Shown piece by piece: positions 56,532-64,000 of a DNA stretch of 64,000 bases (within the stretch, counting starts at the first letter, position 1; every line of letters starts with the position of its first letter). Where the stretch lies: NCBI GenBank assembly GCA_015484595.1, contig WFMM01000008.1, positions 288 through 64,287 on the forward strand. Reading direction: 5' to 3'. The DNA is from Nitrospirota bacterium. GTDB taxonomy: Bacteria > Nitrospirota > Thermodesulfovibrionia > Thermodesulfovibrionales > JdFR-85. The notes under the pieces are model-generated. The model was not told the DNA's origin and searched no databases. It saw only the letters and a list, made by a program, of their open reading frames with translations. The position numbers were made by a program, and so were the translations under genes.

Positions 56532-57943
56532 ACATGCCAGACTTACAGCCTTTAATGCCTGAGATTGTGTTTTTGGGGCTTGCCCTTTTTGTATTACTTG
56601 CAGAGCTTTTTATCAAGAGCAAAGAGACCATTGGGCTTATGGTCATCGTATCTGTGGCTGCCACTGCCTACATGATTCCTCAGAGCTTTGGGGTGACCTT
56701 TTCAGGCATGTTCATCTCTGACGGTTACAGCAGCTTTTTTAAGTTTATCTTTCTGCTGAACCTGATACTTACGATCCTTATCTCAATCCAATACATCCAG
56801 ATTGAGAGGGCCGAGTTTGGAGAATACTACACGGTGCTTATGTTTTCCACCCTTGGCATGATGATAATGGCATCAGCAGGTGACCTGATAGTGCTTTACC
56901 TCGGGCTTGAGCTGATGGCCCTTTCCACATACATCCTTGCAGGGTTTATCCGTCACGATGCCCGCTCCACAGAGTCGGCACTTAAGTATTTCCTGCTTGG
57001 TGCATTCTCTTCGGCTATCCTTCTTTACGGGATCATGCTTCTTTACGGACTCACTGGCACAACGGATATAATGAAACTTTCAAGCCTTCTCATGAAAAAT
57101 GGGATGAGACTTCAGAGCATATTTGCCATTGTGATGGTGATGGTTGCCTTTGGTTTTAAGATTGCCCTCGTTCCCTTTCACATGTGGGCACCTGATGTTT
57201 ACGAGGGTGCTCCAACATCTATCACTGCCTTTATGTCTGTTGGGCCAAAGGCAGCAGGCTTTGCAGTAATTGGCAGGGTGTTTCTTACGGGCCTTGAGGG
57301 CTTCAGCGCAGACTGGAGGCTTCTCCTTGTGGTTTTAAGTATTGCCACCATGGCAGTGGGTAACATAATAGCCATACAGCAGCACAACCTCAAAAGGATG
57401 CTTGCCTATTCCTCCATAGCCCATGCAGGTTATGCAGTGCTTGGTGTTATTGCTGGAAACACTGAGGGGCTTTCAGCAACCATGAACTATCTGCTCATTT
57501 ATGCCTTCATGAACATTGGTGCCTTTTCAGTTCTTGTGCTTTTAAGAAATGAACAGGAACGCATCGAGACCCTTGAGCAGATAAAGGGGCTTGCAAGAAA
57601 TCATCCCTTTGCATCAGCCCTTATGCTTATATTCATGTTTTCCCTAACAGGAATTCCACCCACTGCAGGGTTTGTTGGTAAGTTCTTCCTTTTCAGGGCA
57701 CTTGTTTACTCAGGCTATACATGGCTTGCTGTGGTGGCAGTAGTATTTTCTGCCATATCTGCCTACTTTTACCTCAGGGTGGTAATGTATATGTACATGT
57801 ATGAGCCTGAGGAGGGTGTAACCCAGGACATTTCAACGGCAGCCCCTCTTGGGCTTGCCCTTTTGATAACATCCCTGATGGTAATAGCCATAGGCATATA
57901 CCCCGAGCCCTTTGTAAATTTTGCCCGCCTGGTGGTCGGGTAG
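56528..57943 (+). CDS. nuoN: NADH-quinone oxidoreductase subunit N
   Basis: 471 aa. LGLELMALSTYILAG and HMWAPDVYEGAPTSITAFMSVGPK. ATGA overlap with nuoM. Confidence 0.95.
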   Translation: MNMPDLQPLMPEIVFLGLALFVLLAELFIKSKETIGLMVIVSVAATAYMIPQSFGVTFSGMFISDGYSSFFKFIFLLNLILTILISIQYIQIERAEFGEYYTVLMFSTLGMMIMASAGDLIVLYLGLELMALSTYILAGFIRHDARSTESALKYFLLGAFSSAILLYGIMLLYGLTGTTDIMKLSSLLMKNGMRLQSIFAIVMVMVAFGFKIALVPFHMWAPDVYEGAPTSITAFMSVGPKAAGFAVIGRVFLTGLEGFSADWRLLLVVLSIATMAVGNIIAIQQHNLKRMLAYSSIAHAGYAVLGVIAGNTEGLSATMNYLLIYAFMNIGAFSVLVLLRNEQERIETLEQIKGLARNHPFASALMLIFMFSLTGIPPTAGFVGKFFLFRALVYSGYTWLAVVAVVFSAISAYFYLRVVMYMYMYEPEEGVTQDISTAAPLGLALLITSLMVIAIGIYPEPFVNFARLVVG

Positions 57944-58074
57944 AGCTATTTGATAAAGTCCGGTTTAACCCTTAAGAGATTCTTTTCCCTACGGCCAGTA
58001 AACCTGATTTTACTGAGACGACCGTTAATTCCCTGGTCCTTTTACGGCTTAAGCATTACAGGGTGCAGAAGTGT

Positions 58075-58104
58075 TTGACAATACAAAAAATCAGGTGATA
58101 GAAT
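58075..58104 (+). promoter_or_regulatory. Sigma-70-type promoter with an extended -10
   Basis: TTGACA (58075-58080), an 18-nt spacer, then TGaTAGAAT (58096-58104). About 90 nt upstream of the 58196 start codon. Confidence 0.6.
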
Positions 58105-58195
58105 ACTGGTCAATTCAGAGTTATAAGTAATAAAGGTTAGTTAATATAGAGCCCCTTTTTGAGGCTTAAAAAATCATAAAAAGGAGGACCACGGC

Positions 58196-58984
58196 ATGAA
58201 GGTATTGTATGAGTTTATCCCCAAAAAGAATTTTCTTGAACTGGCAGCAGAGATCAAGGACTTGCTTGATGGATGGAACATAACAGACAGTGCAAGCGGA
58301 ATCCCTGCCCCATCTGCAGCTGCAGTGGCATGCACCCTGAAGACCAGGTATCCTGATAAGATAGCCCTTCCAATGCTCATCACCAACTACAAGGGGCCAG
58401 TTGAGATTGCAGCAGCAGCCAAGGCCTGTGAGGCAGTTGGGATAGACGGTATGGTCCCGGATCCAGGAGATGCCCCGAGGTACGGCTATGCCATCAAGAC
58501 TAGTAAAGACGGAAGCTGTGAGCTCCTTACTGACGAGGAGCAGTTTGAGAATTTCCGCCGCTCCACAGGACCTGCTGAAAATGTGAGGGACTTCCTGAGA
58601 GAGGTTGCCAAGGTCAAAGACCTGAAGCTTGGCTGTCTCGTTACCGCCCGAAGACCTGCATCAGATGCCATTGCCCGCATAAAGGAGCCCTGGGACTTTA
58701 CCTTCTTCCTCAGACTTGACGAGGAGTCACTTCCAAAGTTAAAGGAGGTTGCCGCTGAATGTAAAAACCTGGGTAAGGCAATCTATCCCTATTTTGTGGT
58801 GGAAACACCAAAGAACAAAAAGATACTCGAAAGGATCGGCTGGACCTCCACTGCAACCATGGACAATGCCGTTGAGTTTGCAAAGAAGCTCGAAGGCGTG
58901 GTGGACGGCATCATAGCCACCTGCCTCGGAGACATAGAGGGAGACAAGGAACTGCTCAAGGTGCTTCAGGAGGTAAGGGGTTAA
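58196..58984 (+). CDS. MetF-like (methylenetetrahydrofolate reductase family) TIM-barrel protein, divergent
   Basis: 262 aa. LYEFIPKK .. ITDSASGIPAPSAAAVACTLK .. GIDGMVPDPGDAP follows the MTHFR layout (FEFFPPK .. SVTyGAGGs .. GI.n.LaLrGDpP). Weak, pattern-level evidence only. Confidence 0.4.
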   Translation: MKVLYEFIPKKNFLELAAEIKDLLDGWNITDSASGIPAPSAAAVACTLKTRYPDKIALPMLITNYKGPVEIAAAAKACEAVGIDGMVPDPGDAPRYGYAIKTSKDGSCELLTDEEQFENFRRSTGPAENVRDFLREVAKVKDLKLGCLVTARRPASDAIARIKEPWDFTFFLRLDEESLPKLKEVAAECKNLGKAIYPYFVVETPKNKKILERIGWTSTATMDNAVEFAKKLEGVVDGIIATCLGDIEGDKELLKVLQEVRG

Positions 58985-59006
58985 TCTAAGATAGTTGAAC
59001 GACTTT

Positions 59007-59041
59007 AAAAGGGGCAGGCACCTCTGTGCCTGCCCCTTTTT
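59007..59041. terminator. Bidirectional intrinsic terminator
   Basis: aaaa-GGGGCAGGCAC-ctct-GTGCCTGCCCC-ttttt. Perfect 11-bp GC-rich stem flanked by an A-run and a T-run, between convergent genes ending at 58984 and 59044. Confidence 0.85.
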
Positions 59042-59043
59042 CA

Positions 59044-60261
59044 TTATATCTTTTCCTTTCTAAGTTTCTTTGCCTCGTCCTTTATCTTCTGGAGGGTCTC
59101 TTTCATCTGTGCCCAGCCATACCAGTGCATGTAGTCAGCATTCAAGTGAAAGGCACCCTGAAAGGTCCTCATGCGGTACTCAAGAAACATCACATAAAGG
59201 TCCTGCTCAATAGCACTCTTAGCCTCGTAGAACTGAAGCAGGTCAGGGGCAAATTTCCAGCTGGCAGGTTTCTTAAGGATGCCCTCATCGTATAGAGCTT
59301 TGACCGTCCTTATGGCCTCTGCCATGAGTTTGTCAGCCTCACGGATTATCTTGTCTCCTGCCTCAAGTTGTGCCTTTGCATAAGAGGGGCTGTGGCATCT
59401 TGAGCAGATTTTTAACATCTTATTTCTTTCTGCCTGAAACTCCTCCTTTGTAAGCCTTGCCACCTTTCCTGCCTTTACGACCTCAAGTCTCTCTGTGGGT
59501 TTACCCTTTTCGTCAAGCACTCCAAGGGCCTGAAGTATTGTAACCCTGTCTTTTAACCATGCAGGGTCATCCTCTGGCAGTCTGACTGCAAGAAATCCCC
59601 AGGCAGTCATTACCCTGTGGTTGCCATCAGACATGTGGCAGGTCTGACATGTGGGTGCCCTCTTTGAGCCCTGTCCTTCTATCTGCCAGATTGTGCCGTG
59701 TTTCGAGGTTGACCACATCTCCCACTGAGGATGGTCAAAACCCATGTGGCAGGACTGACATGCCCTTGGGTCAAGGGCCTCCTTTACGTTAAAGGTGTGA
59801 CGGGTATGACAGGAGTCGCAGGAACCACTTCCGTAACGGTATTGTTTTACTTCCTCCGGAGACTTTATCCCTATCTTATGACAACCTGAACAACCCTTGT
59901 ATCCCCCTCCCACTATCATTGAAGGCTGGTGCTGAAGCATGGGCATTGACTTCATAGCTATCCAGGCAAGTGAGTGTTTTCCATCCATAAACTGGGAGAC
60001 CTTCTCGGGATGGCACTTTTTGCAGGTCTCAGGGGTGGGAAGTTTTGCAAGCTTTGCGTCTTCAGCTCCTTTTTTATGGGCACTTCCGTGACAGGTGGAG
60101 CAATCAAGCCCAGCCTTTCCCATCTTTCCACTGAGAAACTGCTCCACTATTCCAGGGGTGACCTTTTCGTGACAGCTGATACACTGTGACTTTGCAAGGG
60201 ACACTGTAGGGAGGAGCGTAATAAAAAACAGACCAATCATTGCCGATAGAAGCCTTTTCAT
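59044..60261 (-). CDS. Octaheme c-type cytochrome, hydroxylamine oxidoreductase (HAO)-like family, short form
   Basis: 405 aa. Signal peptide, then eight CxxCH motifs (CISCH, CSTCH, CKKCH, CSGCH, CDSCH, CQSCH, CQTCH, CSRCH). DHPQWEMWSTSKHG and CSRCHSPSYAKAQLEAGD resemble HAO-family spacing. Helical C-terminal domain. Confidence 0.75.
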   Translation of the reverse strand: MKRLLSAMIGLFFITLLPTVSLAKSQCISCHEKVTPGIVEQFLSGKMGKAGLDCSTCHGSAHKKGAEDAKLAKLPTPETCKKCHPEKVSQFMDGKHSLAWIAMKSMPMLQHQPSMIVGGGYKGCSGCHKIGIKSPEEVKQYRYGSGSCDSCHTRHTFNVKEALDPRACQSCHMGFDHPQWEMWSTSKHGTIWQIEGQGSKRAPTCQTCHMSDGNHRVMTAWGFLAVRLPEDDPAWLKDRVTILQALGVLDEKGKPTERLEVVKAGKVARLTKEEFQAERNKMLKICSRCHSPSYAKAQLEAGDKIIREADKLMAEAIRTVKALYDEGILKKPASWKFAPDLLQFYEAKSAIEQDLYVMFLEYRMRTFQGAFHLNADYMHWYGWAQMKETLQKIKDEAKKLRKEKI

Positions 60262-60571
60262 TTTCTAACCTCCTTTTTGGGGTTTAAGGTTTCAGGCAAG
60301 ACTAATGCCAAGGGAGATTTTCCTCATTTTCACCTCCTTTGGCACCTCGTAGATTTACCCCCCTGAGAGTATTAATAAGGCGTGAGTCAAATTGCTGATA
60401 GTTTTTTTTGATTCTATTATAAGACAAAATGGATTTATATGATTAAGGTCATAAAAAATGTAAATTTTCTGTAAATTTTAAAGGGCAAAAGGGGTACCAT
60501 CCCTGTTGATGCCTTCTAAATTATTTAAAAGAGATTGACATAAAGAGTTGGATTGTTGTTTAATTAATACC

Positions 60572-61330
60572 ATGCGTAGGCCTGTAATAGCTGCAAACTG
60601 GAAGATGCACAAGACCACGGGGGAGACAAGGGATTTTATCACCCAGTTCGTGCCTCTTGTAGAGGATGTGCAGGATGTGGAGATTGTAATTGCCCCTCCC
60701 TTTACATCTTTGGCCGTGGCAGCAAAGTTTCTGAAGGGCTCGAATGTAAAGCTTGCGGCACAGAACCTTTTTTGGGAGGAAAAGGGTGCCTTCACTGGTG
60801 AGATATCTCCAATCATGCTAAGGGATGTGGAGTGTGAGTATGTGATAGTGGGGCACTCTGAAAGGAGACAGTACTTTGGAGAAACCGATGAGACAGTGAA
60901 TAAACGAGTGAGGGCTGCCCATCAGGCAGGTCTGAAGGTTATCCTCTGCATAGGCGAGACCCTTGAGGAAAGAGAATCAGGAAAGACCTTTGATGTGCTT
61001 AAAACCCAGCTCAGCGGTGGACTAAAAGAGATAGATGCTCCTGATATGCTTGTCATTGCCTACGAGCCTGTATGGGCTATAGGAACCGGTAAGACAGCCA
61101 CTCCTGAACAGGCTCAGGAGGCACATCAGTTTATAAGAGAGCAACTCTCTGGTATTTATGGAGCTCAGGAGGCCCAGAAGATACGCATCCTTTATGGTGG
61201 AAGCGTTAAGCCCGAGAATGTGGCATCCCTTATGTCACAAGAGGATGTTGACGGTGGACTGGTGGGCGGAGCCTCCCTTAAGCCTGACAGCTTTGCAGAG
61301 ATAGTCAAAAACGCTATTAAGGAGGCATAG
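60572..61330 (+). CDS. tpiA: Triosephosphate isomerase
   Basis: The track ORF is trimmed to ATG 60572 (MRRPVIAANWKMH). Contains VGHSERR and AYEPVWAIGTG. Confidence 0.95.
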   Translation: MRRPVIAANWKMHKTTGETRDFITQFVPLVEDVQDVEIVIAPPFTSLAVAAKFLKGSNVKLAAQNLFWEEKGAFTGEISPIMLRDVECEYVIVGHSERRQYFGETDETVNKRVRAAHQAGLKVILCIGETLEERESGKTFDVLKTQLSGGLKEIDAPDMLVIAYEPVWAIGTGKTATPEQAQEAHQFIREQLSGIYGAQEAQKIRILYGGSVKPENVASLMSQEDVDGGLVGGASLKPDSFAEIVKNAIKEA

Positions 61331-61333
61331 AGG

Positions 61334-61717
61334 GTGACGACATTACTTGTGATAGTTCATATAGTAATCTGTCTTGTACTCATAGGAATTGTTCTGGTTC
61401 AGGGTGGTAAGGGTGCAGAGCTTGGCTCAGCCTTTGGAGGTGGCTCAAGCCAGACACTCTTTGGCGCCCGTGGGGCTGCAACCGTGCTTGGCAAGATAAC
61501 CACCGTCGTGGCTGTGATATTTATGATTACCTCTTTGCTTTTAACCATCGTCTCCATAAAAAGTGGCTCTGTAGTAAAAGAATCGGTGATACCTGAAAAG
61601 GTCAAGACCCAACCTGCCAAACAAAAGACTCTACCCCCCGGTGCTGGCGTAAAACCTGTTGAGCCTTCGAAAAAGGCTCCGTCTGGTAAGGCACCCGCAA
61701 AGCCAAAAACAAAGTAA
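61334..61717 (+). CDS. secG: Preprotein translocase subunit SecG with a Lys/Pro-rich tail
   Basis: 127 aa. LIGIVLVQGGKGAELGSAFGGGSSQTLFGARG is the SecG signature. GTG start. Confidence 0.88.
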   Translation: MTTLLVIVHIVICLVLIGIVLVQGGKGAELGSAFGGGSSQTLFGARGAATVLGKITTVVAVIFMITSLLLTIVSIKSGSVVKESVIPEKVKTQPAKQKTLPPGAGVKPVEPSKKAPSGKAPAKPKTK

Positions 61718-61727
61718 TCCCTACCAA

Positions 61728-62714
61728 TTGTATGCTATAGAGGTCGATAGACTTTCAAAGCACTATAACGGTCTTGTAGCAGTAGATGACATCTCTTTTC
61801 AGGTGCCTGAGGGCAGTATCTTTGGCTTTCTCGGCCCAAACGGTGCTGGAAAGACAACCACAATAAACATACTCTGCACCATTGTAAAGCCCACTTCAGG
61901 CAATGCAAAGGTTAATGGTTTTGACTGCCTAAAGGAACCTGACAGGGTCAGACAATCAATCGGCATAGTCTTTCAGGATACCACCCTTGATAAGGACCTC
62001 ACTGCTTACGAAAACCTGCTTTATCATGCCATTCTTTACAATGTGTCCCGTAGGGTTCGCAGGCAAAAGGTGGAGGATGCCCTGAGGTTTGTTGACCTTT
62101 TTGACAGAAGGGATGACTTTGTCCGTCGGTTTTCAGGTGGAATGAAACGCAGGCTTGAAGTGGCAAGGGCAATAGTGCATCAGCCAAAGGTGCTTTTTCT
62201 TGACGAGCCCACCATAGGGCTTGACCCCCAAAGCAGAAAATCCCTCTGGGACTTCATAATCCGGTTGCCCGAGGAGCAGGGGGTAACGGTATTCATGACC
62301 ACCCACTACATGGACGAGGCTGAGGTCTGCCACAGCATTGCCATTATTGATAAGGGAAAGATAATTGCCGCTGGCAGCCCTGCTGAACTGAAGAAACAGG
62401 TCGGCGGAGATGTGATATACCTTAAGACCACAGACAATCAGGAATCAATCAGGCTTATACGGAATCATAAGGGCTTTGATGCAGAGCTAAAGGATGACGA
62501 GATCTTCGTCCCTGTCACAAAAGGCGATGCCTGCATACCTGAGCTGATAAAGCTCCTTGGCGACAGGGTGACCTCTGTGAGGATGCAGCGTCCCACCCTG
62601 AACGATGTGTTCATAAAGCTTACGGGTAAAAAGATAAGAGAGGAGGTTCAGGACTCATCAGACCAGCTCAGAGAGGCAATAAGGGCGTACAGGAGGCGAT
62701 TTGATAGAGGGTAG
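61728..62714 (+). CDS. ABC transporter ATP-binding protein (ABC-2 / DrrA-like exporter)
   Basis: Walker A GPNGAGKTTT, signature FSGGMKRRL, Walker B LFLDEPT. The track start 61659 overlaps secG; an in-frame TTG at 61728 just after the secG stop is more plausible, but the start is uncertain. Confidence 0.85.
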   Translation: MYAIEVDRLSKHYNGLVAVDDISFQVPEGSIFGFLGPNGAGKTTTINILCTIVKPTSGNAKVNGFDCLKEPDRVRQSIGIVFQDTTLDKDLTAYENLLYHAILYNVSRRVRRQKVEDALRFVDLFDRRDDFVRRFSGGMKRRLEVARAIVHQPKVLFLDEPTIGLDPQSRKSLWDFIIRLPEEQGVTVFMTTHYMDEAEVCHSIAIIDKGKIIAAGSPAELKKQVGGDVIYLKTTDNQESIRLIRNHKGFDAELKDDEIFVPVTKGDACIPELIKLLGDRVTSVRMQRPTLNDVFIKLTGKKIREEVQDSSDQLREAIRAYRRRFDRG

Positions 62715-63468
62715 AACAATATATGTGATACTCATAAGGGAGATAAAGAAGTTTCTCAGGGAGCGGAGCCGTCTTTTTTCCACAGTGGCAAGACCCCTGA
62801 TATGGCTTTTCTTCGTCGGAGGTGGTATGTCAAGAGTGGTCCCCATGAAAGGCGGCGTAACCTACATCCAGTTTTTCTTCCCTGGAATACTTGCCATGAC
62901 CGTGCTTTTTAGCTCCATCTTTTCTGCCATATCCATCATCTGGGACAAGGAGTTTGGCTACATGAAGGAGATGCTTGTGGCTCCTGTGTCAAGGACATCC
63001 ATTGTGCTTGGTAAGACACTGAGCGGTACCTTTGTCTCCACCCTTCAGGCTGTGATTATACTTTTGCTGTTTCCCTTCCTGGGGTTTCGTCTGGGACCCT
63101 TGGGTTTTTTTGAGGCAGTTGCGGTGTCATCCTTTCTGGCCTTTAGTATATCTGCCATAGGGATATTTATTGCAACCTTTTATGAGAGCTTTGAGAGTTT
63201 TTCGGTGATTATGAACTTTATAGTGATGCCCATGTTTTTTCTCTCAGGTGCCATGTATCCCGTGCATTCCATGCCAGAGATACTGAAGACAATATCCCGA
63301 CTCAATCCCCTGACCTACGGGGTTGATGCCCTGAAAAATGTGATCTTTCCATCACTAAGGGCTGACATAACTGCAGACTTTCCCTTTGTGTTTGACCTAT
63401 TGGTGCTGTTGGTGGTTAGCCTTGTCTTTGTGGTGCTTGACACCCTGGCATTCAGAAAGAGGCTTTAA
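62701..63468 (+). CDS. ABC-2 type transporter permease
   Basis: 255 aa, six TM helices, overlaps the ATPase gene by 14 nt. Confidence 0.85.
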   Translation: MIEGRTIYVILIREIKKFLRERSRLFSTVARPLIWLFFVGGGMSRVVPMKGGVTYIQFFFPGILAMTVLFSSIFSAISIIWDKEFGYMKEMLVAPVSRTSIVLGKTLSGTFVSTLQAVIILLLFPFLGFRLGPLGFFEAVAVSSFLAFSISAIGIFIATFYESFESFSVIMNFIVMPMFFLSGAMYPVHSMPEILKTISRLNPLTYGVDALKNVIFPSLRADITADFPFVFDLLVLLVVSLVFVVLDTLAFRKRL

Positions 63469-63475
63469 AACCCTT

Positions 63476-64000
63476 TTACATCCGCTCGGGAGCTGTTACA
63501 CCAAGGATGGAAAGCCCCTCGTTTATAACGGTCATCACTGCCCTGCAAAGTGAAAGCCTTGCGGTGCTCAGTTCCCGGTCATCTGACACCACCCGATGGC
63601 TGCTATAATAGGAGTGAAAGAGCCTTGCAAGCTCCTGTAGATAAAAGGTTATCCTGTGGGGCTCCCTTTCCCTTACAGCACCTTCAAACATCAATGGATA
63701 AAAAAGGAGTTTCTTTATCAGTGAAAACTCCTCTTCCTCCTTAAGGAGCTCAACATTTTCTGGCTCTTTAAAGGAAAGCCCCCTCTCGGTGGCCTTTTTA
63801 AATATGCTGTTTATCCTTGCATGGGCATACTGGACATAGTAAACAGGGTTTTCCGAGGACTCTCGCTTGGCTACCTCTATATCAAAGTCAAGATGACTGT
63901 CGGGCCTTCTTGTAAGAAAGATAAACTTCGTCGTGTCTGCCCCTACCTCGTCCATCACCTCTCTTAAAGTAACAAACTCTCCAGCCCGTTTTGACATCTG
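63476..64000 (-). CDS. argS: Arginyl-tRNA synthetase, C-terminal part (the gene continues beyond the window end)
   Basis: MSKRAGEFVTL, the DALR anticodon-binding domain (NPVYYVQYAHARI) and the C-terminus GVTAPERM. The frame stays open to position 64000. Confidence 0.9.
   Translation of the reverse strand, partial: QMSKRAGEFVTLREVMDEVGADTTKFIFLTRRPDSHLDFDIEVAKRESSENPVYYVQYAHARINSIFKKATERGLSFKEPENVELLKEEEEFSLIKKLLFYPLMFEGAVREREPHRITFYLQELARLFHSYYSSHRVVSDDRELSTARLSLCRAVMTVINEGLSILGVTAPERM

Overview
A 64-kb chromosomal window from a Gram-negative bacterium that looks anaerobic or microaerophilic. Gene content and a Geobacter-like pil gene order suggest a Nitrospirota or Desulfobacterota-type lineage, but the taxon cannot be fixed from sequence alone.

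Gene order, left to right:
- tolA-like (partial) and exbD/tolR
- pyrG-kdsB, selB, a cooC-like ATPase
- hisI-hisE-HIT-NUDIX-GGDEF-fdhD
- pilB-pilT-pilC-pilS-pilR on the minus strand, with no pilin gene
- pheA-hisC-DAHP synthase
- TauE and an FmdE-like protein
- an ArsR-headed permease / thioredoxin / rhodanese operon
- a tandem PhnD-type binding protein, a histidine kinase and a sigma-54 activator
- a roughly 6-kb decayed block: kinase tail remnant, RHH/PIN remnant, intact DedA-PAP2 fusion, TolC-like gene, frameshifted MFP, half-deleted RND pump
- a two-gene molybdopterin oxidoreductase behind a perfect sigma-54 promoter
- an orphan receiver and an unknown 110-aa protein
- a complete nuoA-N operon, interrupted once by a palindromic repeat and once by a vapBC-like cassette
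- a MetF-like protein, an HAO-family octaheme cytochrome, tpiA-secG, an ABC-2 exporter, and argS (partial)

I recognised no rRNA, tRNA, CRISPR array, transposase or integrase. Intergenic DNA is unusually rich in at least five unrelated short repeat families.

The best candidate for something undescribed is the sigma-54-driven Fe-S/Mo oxidoreductase pair. It has no membrane-anchor gene. Its ferredoxin subunit has lost exactly the four ligands of the membrane-facing FS4 cluster and ends in a CxxCH motif. The upstream PhnD-type sensor / kinase / sigma-54 activator module may control it.

All calls come from reading the ORF translations and the DNA by eye. No database search was possible.
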